From Daphnia carinata (Eukaryota): a stretch of 64,000 bases of DNA. Shown here piece by piece: positions 15,455 through 27,128 of this stretch (position 1 is the stretch's first letter; each line of letters begins with the position of its first letter). The notes under the pieces were generated by a model. The model was not told the DNA's origin, did not search any database, and was given only the letters and a program-made list of their open reading frames with translations. The position numbers and the translations under genes were made by a program. The stretch is from positions 2,294,001-2,358,000 of the forward strand of contig NC_081333.1 of assembly GCF_022539665.2 (NCBI RefSeq), written 5' to 3'.

Positions 15455-16354
15455 TCAACGAGAGTTGTGCACAAGTTTAGTGGAATACCTCCAGGTAAAA
15501 ATCGCTTTTCGTATTTATGAAGATCACTTAACTAGTTGTTTCATGTTGCGTCATCCATCCTCAATGATGATTAAACATTTATATAATAATAGTTTGATTT
15601 ATGGGACTGATATTTACCAACTGATGGAACTGAAATATTTGTATTTAATGATGTTTTGACTTAACCCAAAATTTGTTATCGGAAAAGGGTAAACATTTCT
15701 TCCTTTAAACATTTAATTTTCCTGGTGAATGGTAAATTGTGAATGTGCGAGATATTTCGAATAAATCAAACTTCGCTCGACGTTCGGGAACAAAACAAAG
15801 TACCTCGCCAGTTTTTGTTCAAAGTCCAAAACGGACATTTTGCATTTAAATTGGCTGAAACTTTACATCGATCCCTGTGGAGAAGTTTCCAATTTGCCGC
15901 CATTGGGCTGTTTTCTTATGTAATGTATTGCATAGCATTATAGCTTTGTGCCTTTAAATATCATTTTTTATTTTCTTATTTTTTACAGTTCACTGTCATC
16001 GGTGCCCACATATGCTTCTCATACCAACACATGAAAACGCAAATCCTTTTTGATTACGCACTAAGTATAAAGGGAATTTAGGGCTTAAATTTCATAGGTT
16101 ATCGATAACCCTTTGGCAACAATTACGAGCATAGTACTGGACCGAATAGCAGGTTTACTAGAAAACGTGCTAAAGCGGTTGGATCTACCTTTGCTACCAA
16201 GAGTAATTCGGTTTGAAACGAATCGTGATCTAGTTGAGGCATATCTTTGTTCGTGGCGCATAGGAAATTATTCGACTGAGATTTTACCAACAAACTGAGG
16301 TATTTTAATGAAACTAAGTGCATTGTTGTGCATTTTCCTAAATATCTTCGTGCC

Positions 16355-18677
16355 TCATTGTAAACTACAAGAGGCAGAATTGCTTAGTGACGCCTTATTA
16401 GGATCCCAGGCTTGTAGACGTCTTCTCATTCCTTCTAAGTAAACAGGCCGATTGAAAGTTCCAGCAGATAGGGGTATCCTGTTAATAAGGTAGGAATAAA
16501 ATTTTAATGAACTTTTTTTTCGGTTAAACTTTTGTTTGGAGTTACGTTTCTCTTCCAGGTTTTATAGGCACTTTGAAGGCAGCCCAAACGGGTGTGTGAT
16601 CAGAGCTTTTTAATTGCTTTGCCACATCATAGTGGGCGCATCGTAAATGGGCACCTTTACGCTCCTTCCATAGTATCCGGTCGGTACTGGAATACGAAAC
16701 AAAGTAAAAGCTTGTAGGTTACACCACGTTTAAATTAACTGAATCATAAATGACAGAATTTACTAGGAAGGAATTCGTTGTTTATCTTCATCAAAATCAC
16801 CCGTTCCAGGAATGTATTTGTAGGTTGGAGGGAAAGTTATGTTGGCCTCGTTGAACGTTTTTAATATTCGGTCTGGAGTGAAAAAAAAAAACACTTTTCA
16901 TATAAGAGTGCCGTCATGTGTAAGTTAGCATTTAATACTGTTCTTAAGACTGAATTTTAGCTGATCAGCTTCCATGAGAGTTGTTAGACCCCGGCCGCAA
17001 GGAGATGAAGGGTCTACCCACGTTTTCGAGACGATATCAATGACCTCTTCTCGAGGTTTGTTAATTCGGAAGTTCATATCGCCACATATGAAAACCAGAT
17101 CGTAATTGCTCGTAACATCTTATGAAAGAACAAATCGTTAACTTCAGGTACTTAACGTTCAGAACATTATAAACTGTTGAGATGTTCGTTTACCTCGTTG
17201 TTTCTTTCGAATCGGCAACTCTTTTGGCAAATCCAGCGAGAGGAATATCTTTTTGAGATCGCGCTCACGTTCAGCCACCTTTTCCGCGTGGGCCGGCAAG
17301 TGGCAATTTACAAAAAGAAGAGAAGTACCGAAAATACTGAAACCGATCGCTACGCCTCCTTTCGTCCGGAAGGCGCTGCCCGCTCGCGTGCTGTGCGTGT
17401 CCGATTCTGGTACTTTATAATCGTGATAAACAAAAAGTCGATAATGATCTAGGAGAATATGAGTTTTTGAGACAGACGATTACATACCTGAGCACACCCA
17501 AATCAGATCTCTGCGGAGGAAAACGGCCATATGGATTGTGCCCAGCTCGACGGAATGGAATAGAACGTGCCCTGGTCCCAGCGTCTCCTGCAGTCCAACT
17601 TCCCATTCGTCTCGTTCACCATTGGTCTCTTGCGTGCCGATAACTACGACGTCGTGTAGACTTTGAAGAGGAGTCGGAAGCAAGAGATCCTCCAGCGTAG
17701 ATGGTGGCGTCTAGGATGCATTGCAAGGTAAAAATCGATACATCATGCTTCAGAGCATCGTGTCGTTTAGACATTAGTCGTTTATGAATAATTAATCTCG
17801 TTAGGTTTTTCAATAGCGGTGATGTGTGCGTTGTCGTTTTTGTTTGTTAAGACTATAGCGAACGGCTAAACAATGCTGACAGCACCCTACGTGATTTTCA
17901 CAGTGACTCGTGACACGAAAGAAAAAATTCGATCTCGAGTAGGCGATCAAATTCAAGCGCACGTTTTTATCAAATAGTTGGAATCTCATACTGAAAGCGT
18001 TTCATTTAAATATTAAATGATCGACTACGCAAAAGCTTAAACATTTTTGTAACGCTGTACAGCGAAATTTGGTATAGAACTGCAAGATTGGCACGTAAAA
18101 CAAAAATTTTAAATTGGACGTAAATTTTGAATTTCCCGCAATCAGAAATTGACATACCTTGCCGTTCATGTTCCATGTTCCAATAAAAATTTTCAATTGG
18201 CTATCGGATAACGTGCGCTTGAGTTCGGTGATGCCCAGTAGCGATTGATAAGGTCCAACGCTTCCGTGCAAGTAGCTCCTGTTGACAACGATTTCGAGAT
18301 AAGATCGATGAACTGCGTGACTCACGTAGCAATGGCAGACAAAGATGAATTGTGTGTTACCTTTGTCGAGCTAGCTGGACAGAAAGCGCTTGTTGAACTT
18401 GATTTTCTTCTTTGCAAGAGTTGCATACTTTGATAGCCGCAATTTCTATTTCACTTTCCGGTTTAAATTCGTCGTTGAGGCTCTCTTGACTGGCTGACAG
18501 TTGCAGCACACCAACCACAGAAGAGAGAGCCTCTTCCAAACAGCTGACGGATCCGCGGTTCGAGCAGCTGAAACTGTTTCTGCGACTATTGCAACGGCTA
18601 CTTTCGCCCGTCACTTGCTGCTGGCTATCAATAGAGCGAACTCTGGCAATTGGATCACTCGGTTGATTATTCGCCAT
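16355..18677 (-). CDS. INPP5E: 72 kDa inositol polyphosphate 5-phosphatase (INPP5E-type), 8 coding exons
   Basis: Minus-strand exons 18677-18361, 18278-18158, 17710-17488, 17412-17194, 17118-16939, 16872-16764, 16686-16546 and 16478-16355. 5-phosphatase motifs IFIGTWNMNGK, VIGTQE, FRTKGGVA, VFICGDMNFR, FPPTYKY, RIPSYTDRILW and SDHTPVW. The IPLSAGTFNRPVYLEGMRRR segment and C-terminal CaaX (CSLQ*) fit INPP5E. Confidence 0.92.
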
Positions 18678-19632
18678 ATCAGATTTCTAGTCATCAAGAA
18701 AAATGGAAAATATTTTTGAAAAGGACTTTAAAGACCAACAACCGAAAGTGCTGGTCACGATTGTTACGCAAATCGATTGCCAAAAAAATCAGTTAATCCG
18801 CGGATTTCAATCCGCTATATGTGCTGACTGTGAAACAGCGCACATCTGTCCATCCCGAACAATAAACAAAAAGAGATAAAGACGAAAACAGCGTGCGAAA
18901 ATGGTCGCACGCTGGACCTGCAGGAATACTACAGTTGACGATCACCGCGAACGCTGCCAGCTGGTATACTGAATGATGGCCTTTCTAAACTATCACCACA
19001 CGCTGCGCCGCCGCGCGTTCCACTTTCTCAACTCCCGTCAGCCATGCACCAACTCCTCGACTATGCGTATCCATGGTAGCCGTCTCGTAGTCAACACACA
19101 TCATACAACTTACCTACCCATGTGTTATATTAAGATGAGGGTGGGACGGCAGAGGAAACGCAGCCATTATGCAATGTTTTATTTATTTACGTATTTTGTG
19201 TATGCGGCTGGCGGGAACGCGATCTGCGTGTTATTCCAATACGGCTGAACATTTCGTGATTGGATTTCGAAGATTCGTAACATTAGAGAAATTGAAGTTA
19301 ATTATGTCTGTATAGAAATATTTTCGTTTGAAACCTTGCGCGAAGTAATAACAGTAGTGGCAGCTTACGGACTTCGTAAGCAAAATATTGGAAGCAATTG
19401 TATCATCGTTGGGGGAAGTGCTGCAACTCTTCGTCCAAACAGCAAATTGAATTTGTGTTGTCACGTGACTTCTTTGCTACTATTATCTTCGCATGTCCAA
19501 ATTGGATTACCGCCGGAATTCTCTATCTGAAAACCTTAAACTAAGGCGAAAGATAGACAAGGGGTGTAGAATGTAGAAGGTCACGCTTATTCCGCAGTCT
19601 TATGGCATCCGATGATAAGTGAAAACTGCGAG

Positions 19633-19641
19633 TATATAAAG
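19633..19641 (+). promoter_or_regulatory. Candidate TATA box of the G-gamma gene
   Basis: TATATAAAG ~270 bp upstream of the CDS, followed by a plausible non-coding exon ending at CAG|GTCACG (~19788) and a candidate acceptor at ~19875. Confidence 0.4.
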
Positions 19642-19906
19642 ATAGGCCCTATTTCCGGCCTGAACTCGCACTTCTCGCTTCGTTGCTCTCTCGTTCACTC
19701 ACGGCAGCTGCTCTGTTCTTTCAACCGCCAGGATTTTTTTGCTTTTTACACACATCCTGCAGCTATTGAGCGGATTGGTTGAAACCAGGTCACGTGTTAC
19801 TGACTCTAGTAGGGCGTGTCCTCTCCCCCACCAACTCGTTTCGTTTGGTCGATCGATTGTTTGGTTGGTATAAAGCGGGCGCTCCGGCTCCCATTTCGCT
19901 TCAAAC

Positions 19907-20691
19907 CTGGATCTCGCTATTCTAGCTCAGATGGATAAGGATATGCTCAAGAAGCAAATCGAGAACATGAAGTTCCAGGCTACCATGGAACGATGGCCAC
20001 TCTCCAAATCCATCGCAGCGTGAGTACTTGTTTGTTAACATTTTTCGTTATGTTTTTTCGTCTATTTTGGTAATAGAAAATCGTGTAGGTCTCCTCCCAA
20101 TCGATGACTCAAATCCTGGCAAACGAAAGCCGATTATCGTGTTTTGTGAATCTCTGTAAAATCCAAACCTCCTAAGTGTTTGTGGTCAGTTAGTAACAAC
20201 AAATCTTTGCGTTCTGTGACAACCTAGTAGTGAGGTTAAATCTGATTTAAACCAGTGTACCATCAATTGTGAATTTCTCCAAAGTATTGATCGTCGCATT
20301 GTGTCTCACGATCGATCTGGCGAGACCCAGCGGTAGCATTTTTCGCTGTCGGAAGCCTATAGTTCTGCGCATGCGCCGCCCGGTGACACGCAGTAAGCCG
20401 AGTCGCCGGGAGAGCCAACCGACAACTCTTGTGAACTCCCCCTCCGTCCCCTCCTCCCACTTTTTTTTTTTTTGTCGTGTAATCCTATTCCGATGCTGAA
20501 TCAAATCGACTTTTATTGCATATTTTCACGTGTGCAAGCTATTTGACTTTAATTTCCATAAAAATCTTTTTATTTCGAACTGCAGGATGAGAGAGTACAT
20601 CGAAGAACACGAAAAGACAGACCCATTGATTCACGCTCCGGACAAGAAGAGCAATCCATGGGCAGAAAAGGGCAAATGCATCATCATGTAG
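19907..20691 (+). CDS. Ggamma30A: Heterotrimeric G-protein gamma subunit, arthropod visual type (Ggamma-e/Ggamma30A-like)
   Basis: Exons 19931(ATG)-20019 and 20586-20691 encode [64 protein letters not shown], with a GGL domain and CaaX CIIM. An in-frame CTG at 19907 would add 8 residues (see findings). The ORF track misses this gene because it is split by an intron. Confidence 0.93.
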
Positions 20692-21779
20692 CATGGCTAC
20701 GGGACTCATCGTGTGCAATCACTACATTCGTCTTATTTGCGGATCGAATTCAAAATCATCACCTTTTTCCTCCCCTTAAAACTGAAAGACGACGTGGGGA
20801 AGATATTCTTCATCATACCAGTCAAGTGAATAATAATTGATCTTGTCCAGTGCATTTCACTCTTCCCCACAACCCTTGTCCAATTATATTACCTTCCGGC
20901 GACTAGCATTATTATTGAATGCAAAACCCGATTACCAGCAGTTTTGAATTGTTTAAAGCTGCTGATGTGCTTATTGTTTTGTCTGATTTGATTCTCTGTT
21001 TGACTTGACTTTTTCTGAAATAGAAACTTGTGCTGTCATTTTGCGTTCGTCCTTCGTGCGAGTTCCGGCGTCTAGTAAAGCCGTACGATTTGAATCTCAC
21101 CACCAAAAACAAAACGATGAACTTGTCTTCATGTTTGGTTCTTAGTTTTTACTTCTTAAAAATAAACAAAACAAAATGTATACACGCTTGCGTATTCAGC
21201 TTTATAGGTTATTTGTGATATTTCCCTTTGCATATCTATACGCAATAATTAAACCACTTTTGCCATATTGTTCAATGGCTCAACTCGGGAAGTAAAAAGT
21301 AAGTTTCCCGAAAGGAATTCTGTTGAGATACCTGAAATGAATATTGCCGATGATGGTTTTTGCGATAATTTTACCAACAGATGGCGGTTGCAACGCTTAC
21401 GTTTACCGCCCAATACAAACCTGCTGGCGTGCCAGTACAGTCTGTATCCCTAATTCCCTTTTCCCTATACAAATTCTGAAAATTCCTGTCGCGCCAGTTC
21501 GTTACGGTATTTTCATTCAGCTTTTGGCCTGGGGTTGCAGCGCATTCGGCGAGTGTGACAATCTGGCAACAATGCAAACGGCAACCAATGGAGGAAAAGA
21601 GGGTTGGAGACCTTCGTTAAAATTCGGGCAGTCGAATACGTTCTCATGGTTTTCATGTCGAAGATCCGGTGTCGGGAAAAATTCGTATCCAAAACCATCT
21701 GGCCATCACTGATTTGTTACATTTCATAAATGTTTCGGATGGAATTGCCGTTCACAAAATTATTACTGTAGGTGCTTCT

Positions 21780-23400
21780 TCAGTGATTCTTGCCGCAAAT
21801 TACTTCACCACGCGATAGTGTAAGAATTCAGGCGTTCCTAAAGCTAACGTACCCAACAATAGCGAATCACTAGGCACAGGTACATGAAAATATTCCATTA
21901 ATAAATTTTTGTGATTTTGATTTCCAGAAAACTAAAAAGAAGCATTACTTGGGGTGCATTGCTTGTCCTTTCATAGTTTATTGAATGAAGGCAATAAGGT
22001 GCCCATTGAGCTTTCTATATGTGGAGAGCTTAAAGATGGTAAATTTTGGCCACTGCAATTATAGGGTTATAGCTATCAAAGTGAACATAATGGCTTATGT
22101 TTATATGCAAAGGGCTACTGGGACTAATATAAGTGTCGTGTACTTAATACCCAATGTTCATACTGTATAGTTTGAACATTCAGCTAATTTGCTTTCCCAA
22201 TCCTGATGGCAGTTACCACATCTTGGTGGCAAACTTGAATGTGTTTGATTCCTGTCTTTCAATTTCAACTGAAATCAAAGGTATTGGGAAATCAGGAGCA
22301 CTGGATAAAATTTGTGTGCCAAATAATGCTGTAAATGGACATTCTATGCTATTGTGTACCATAGTGTTACATGTCATCCAAATTTATGGGAAACTATTGA
22401 ACAGCATAGGTAATAAAGTTTAAAGAATTTTTTACTAGATTCTATCTTTCCCATGATCTTAGCTTTTTTTTGGTTTCCCAGTAGGTCTGGGTGGTGATGA
22501 TTCATATTACGATTTTGGGATTAAACCGTGCTATAAAGTATCATTTAATGAAGTCGAAATTTGAATATGGTTAAATGATTTACCTTTTATTATGAAGATT
22601 GTGTTGAAGTTTGCATTGGTTCAAGTTTCATTGGCTAGCACTAGTTCAGAAGTAGGGAAAATTTGGTAAGTTAGATGTTATTTTTGCTGCACAAGATCTT
22701 ATTTGATAAACAATTGTTCGTAGATTACCGGGGGATATAAATATGACACAAGATCTATGGTCCTATTAATCTTCTAACTATTTCCAGGTTTAAAAAAAAA
22801 AATGACTATGTAAACAGAGCATCTGTAGGTTTGTATTTAGGTTAGTACTAATAATTTTTCCGTCTTGTTTGTTTTGCTTTCTTAGTTTTTATTACAATGG
22901 CAACGTATCCTTGGCTTCTCAGTACGAATACGTACATGTGTATTTTAGATGCAATTGTGGAACAGTTTGGAAAGAACCAACTGAAGAAAACTAGGAGAGT
23001 GATGGCTGTTTTTCACACATTACTACATCATCGTAACCTTTTATAAAAGTATTTTGTGAATCATAATGATTTCTTAACTTACATATCTTTTCTACAGAAA
23101 GAATTTTCGTTTTGACCAACCGTTATTCCAAATCATCCTGGTTTTGGTAGGAATTATCTTCATTGTACTTAATGGCATTTGCACTGAAATTCTATCTGTC
23201 TAATACCAAAAGAAAGACTTGGAAGTTGTTGGTTTGTATATGAACAAAGTTATCTCCGTTTGATTTAAGCGTTATTTAAAAATTAAACGTGTTTATTTTC
23301 ACAATTTCAAGGGTGTAAGCATGTTGAAGACGGAACAGCCATGAAGATGAACGAAACCTATATGCCTAGCTGAGAGGACTATTGAAGTAGGTAATAAAGT
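21780..23400 (+). pseudogene. Decayed intron-containing gene, possibly transposon-derived; family not assigned
   Basis: Short GT..AG introns (e.g. ~21880-21928, ~22666-22723, ~22828-22885) separate coding-like stretches interrupted by stops, e.g. LLGVHCLSFHSLLNEGNKVPIELSICGELKDGKFWPLQL*, ICFPNPDGSYHILVANLNVFDSC and CNCGTVWKEPTEEN*. Confidence 0.35.
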
Positions 23401-24151
23401 AGATCGATACGATAATACAGTAAAGAACACTTGACATCTCTTTCAAACAAATTTGATATAATTTTTCTACTTTGTGTATCGATTAACCGTTTTGAAAACC
23501 CCGATGTTAATTACTTTGGGATATACATAGTTGTGTCAAAGAAACATTACTTACAAGTAAGTTTAGTAACAAGCGATCCATCGCTGAAAGGAGCGTAATT
23601 CTTCCGGGCGAGTAACTCATAAAGTTACAAAAGAATGATTTTTATTTTATTTTGCAATGTGGCAGCCATGTGCATTATTTTATTCTACTGCACTTCACTA
23701 TTTGGTAATTTGTTAAATATTGACATATTAGAGTTTTCACCAATTTAATATTCAGGTTTTTTAAATTGCATTCTTCTTTACGGATTTCTAATCACGCTTT
23801 TCAGAGCCAAATCTTTCCCATTTACAAATAGGATTTTACATAAAAATGCCTTACAGCTTAACTTATGTTTGAGGAATAATATGTAATGACAGCAAAGATA
23901 AGTTGCTGTTTCTTCTAACTGCTAGTGTTTAAATGATTTGGCACATACCATTATAGCTTGGAAGCTAAATACCCAAGTAATATGATTTTGTTGCAGATGG
24001 TAAAAATTCCTGTTTACTGCTCCACTTACCATGTGGGAAGGCCTTCACAGCAGTATGAGTTATTCAAATCTAGTTTGACTTCTAAATATTGTCTTCGGCC
24101 TTTAATAAAATTCAACAGTTATTTAAATAATATATTATTTTACTCCTAAGT

Positions 24152-24952
24152 CATGTCTAGATCCTAGTATGATTGATATTTCGAGTATCGAACCGATTTT
24201 AACTATATTCTTGCTAACAGATGGCGCTAGCGACGAGAAACAACCCAAATTCGTTTAAAATTTCGATTTATTGAGAAACTACACAACTTAAGAGAAAACA
24301 AATGCTATATTCGGAATCAGCGTTTAATTCTGATCATTTCTGGTGAGTTTCATCAAATTTTTTGACATTTCATTTTATTGCAAATTTCGACAAAAGTGCC
24401 TTCCCATTCTTCTCGAAATCCGAAAAAAAAAAAAAAATCCCTTAGATTTGTATGAAACTCACACCAAATAATCAAAATTGAACGTTGGTTCCAAATATAG
24501 CATTAGTTTTCTGGTTAATTGTGTAGTTTTTGGATAAAATGTAATCAAAGTAATTTAATTTGTTTTTCGTTGCCAGCGCCATCTGTTAGAAGATATATTA
24601 TTCAAATATTACAAATTCGATGCAACTCACCTGTAACAAGTAAAATTGAACTTTGATTACCATATAACATTATTTTAGTCCTAAATGATGTCTAAATCCT
24701 AGTACGATTGATATTTTCAGTACCGAACCGATTTTAACTATATTGTTGCTAACAGATGTCGCTAACGACGAAAAACAAACAAAAATCACTTAAATTGCGA
24801 TTTATTCAAAAACTGCACAACCTACGGTAAAACTAATGCTATATTGGGAATCAGCGTTTAATTCTGATTACTTCTGGTGAGTTTCATCAAATTCCTTGAG
24901 ATTTCCTTTTTTTGCGAATTTCGACAAAAGTGAGAAGGCTATAGCCTTCCCA
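24152..24952. repeat. Direct plus inverted ~250 bp repeat cluster (non-autonomous TE remnant)
   Basis: 24152-24405 and 24687-24952 are diverged direct copies (ATGTCTA.ATCCTAGTA.GATTGATATT...AACAGATG.CGCTA.CGACGA...TGCTATATT.GGAATCAGCGTTTAATTCTGAT...AATTTCGACAAAAGTG). 24445-24598 is a reverse-complement copy of the core. The cluster ends in the hairpin GTGAGAAGGC-TATA-GCCTTCCCAC. Confidence 0.8.
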
Positions 24953-25027
24953 CTCTTTCATTTTTGGCAAAAATCTAACTATAGCTAAAAATACATGAAT
25001 TTTATTCAAAATTTAACGGGGATCTAT

Positions 25028-25753
25028 GGCAATCCATTTTACCCATAATAAAAATTTTAAAAAATTGGCCTTTTTTTCTCTTTTACGGCTATCGCCATCT
25101 ACCGGTACGATTTCTAGTTAATTCTCTACATACACTGACCGAAAAAATTTTAAGCCCGACTTTCTGTTTTTTATGGTTAATTCAAAAAGTAAATGCCTAA
25201 TATGAGAAAATACCCCATTTTCGTGATCAGCGATCAATTTAGAATCGGAATAATGTATTTTTAATGAAATCTAGGATTTGAAGAAAATGGGATAAGTGAG
25301 AAGGTTATAGCCTTCTTACTTTTTCAATTTTGGCAAAATTTAAGATTTCGCTTTAAATACGTGGTTTCGATGCAGAATTAAACGGGCATCACGAATGTGA
25401 GGGTTGTTTTCTCGTGGGACTCATAGCTTTTGAATAAAACGTAAAAAACGGTAAAAGTAGGGTTCAAAAATAAGGCCGCGCTTATACTGCCGGGCTTAAT
25501 ATTTTTTCCTATTAAAAAATAATAGCATTAAATTTAGATAACTATAGATGATTCTGATTCAGGATTAATCAAGGAACACGAAAATGGAATTTGTTTTTAC
25601 GTAATTTTATAGTTTTGGAGTAATCTAAAATATTTTAAGCCCGACTATATAAGCCCATTCTATATCTAGAAATGTGACCGGTAGATGGCGATAGCAATAA
25701 AATAGAAAAAAGGCCAAAGATTTTTTATTTTATAATGGGTAAAACGGATTGCC
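25028..25753. mobile_element. ~730 bp non-autonomous DNA transposon with ~90 bp imperfect TIRs
   Basis: Left end GGCAATCCATTTTACCCATAATAAAAA...GCTATCGCCATCTACCGGT..ATTTCTAG mirrors right end CTAGAAAT..ACCGGTAGATGGCGATAGC...TTATAATGGGTAAAACGGATTGCC. AT flanks both ends. Confidence 0.8.
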
Positions 25754-26862
25754 ATACAGTATGTAACTATGGCAATCCGTTTTACACAAAAAAAAAAAAA
25801 AAATTTCGCCAAAAAAAAAATCACACTTTTTTCTTTTTTTCCCACACGTAGCCATCTACCGCTTAGACTCGTTATTACTGGCATACACCCATTCCACTTC
25901 TAGGGATATTACCCTATTTAGGGGGATTTAAGGAAAATTTTTGGAATCTAGGGTGCAGTTATGGAAATCTATGGTTTCCGGGATTATCCAGGGTCTATTT
26001 AATTTTCTGGGGATTTCTCGGGATTTTGAGATTTTTGGCCAAACCGCTGTTGCTTTTGGCGCTTCTATGCAACTTCAAAAGTAAAACGTTCCTCAATAAG
26101 AGCCACAAAGCGGACAATGGTGAACGGTACGCTTTTCAGAAAGTAACACTGACTAGGATACACCACGAACTCCATTTGATCCTCCAAACGTCTGTGCCAA
26201 ACATATCGCACGCCGAATTTTTTAAGACTCAAGTCTCCGACTGAATTTCTGACAAGCACTTGACCCAATTGCAAAAGCTGGGGAGAGTTCCTTGAATATA
26301 TACGTAGGAATTACGAATCTATTTTGTTCAACCATGATGAACAATTTGTTGTTGAGACATGATGAACCCGAGGCCTCTCACACAATTTTGTTATCTAGGT
26401 GAGCAACACACTGTTCATTGGGAAACGCTGTGATTCTCTTGAGGCTTTATAACGTTGAAAGTTCGATGACAATTATTTTTGGAAAAAACCATATCTTTAT
26501 TGCTTAACTAAACAAATATGATGGGGCAATCCGATGGTTTTATTTCCATAGCCAATTTAAATTTTTCTGGTAACTTGTTTGGCTTTGACGGGCACTGGTT
26601 AATTGCTTTAAAAATGTGTTCGATTTAATACTGTTCTAAAATAAATAAAATGGGTTATTTTATTTTTTTATTTACATTTATAAAAATAAAAAAAAAAAAT
26701 TTGAAGCAATGGCGTCTATAAGAACCGAACACGGACAGTCGACGTATGATCTCAGTGCTATACCACAGCGCCCTACCACAGCGCGACAATACTATTAGTC
26801 ACATATTATATAGCTCCGGTATTAGAACGAAGGTCGATGAAAAATAAATTTGTTTGAAATGT

Positions 26863-26935
26863 GCGGTCCTGGCACAGTGGTTACCACCTTCGCTTCGCAT
26901 TCTGAAGGCCCCGGGTTCAAGTCCCGACACCGCCA
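26863..26935 (+). other. tRNA-like sequence (pseudo-tRNA or SINE head)
   Basis: GCGGTCCTGGCACAGTGGTTACCACC...GGCCCCGGGTTCAAGTCCCGACACCGCCA has A-box TGGCACAGTGG, B-box GGTTCAAGTCC and partial acceptor pairing GCGGT/ACCGC. The anticodon arm is imperfect. Confidence 0.6.
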
Positions 26936-27040
26936 ACTTCCCCCCCTCCCTTTCCCTCCAAATCTTCATTCAAGATACGCAAGATTCATCGGATTACGCA
27001 AGCTTCTACAACATATCAAGACGCAAGATTCTACGCCCTC

Positions 27041-27128
27041 AAGAAAGAAAAAAAGAAGAGAGAAAACAAGAAGAAAGAAAAAAAGAAGAGAGAAAACAAG
27101 AAGAGAGAAAAGAAAAGAGAAAAAAGAA
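27041..27128 (+). repeat. Purine-rich 30 bp tandem repeat
   Basis: AAGAAAGAAAAAAAGAAGAGAGAAAACAAG x2 plus a degenerate third unit. Confidence 0.8.

Noticed and set aside
26020..26520. Coding-like segment as a transposase fragment
   Set aside because: The frames I translated gave no recognisable motif and contained multiple stops.
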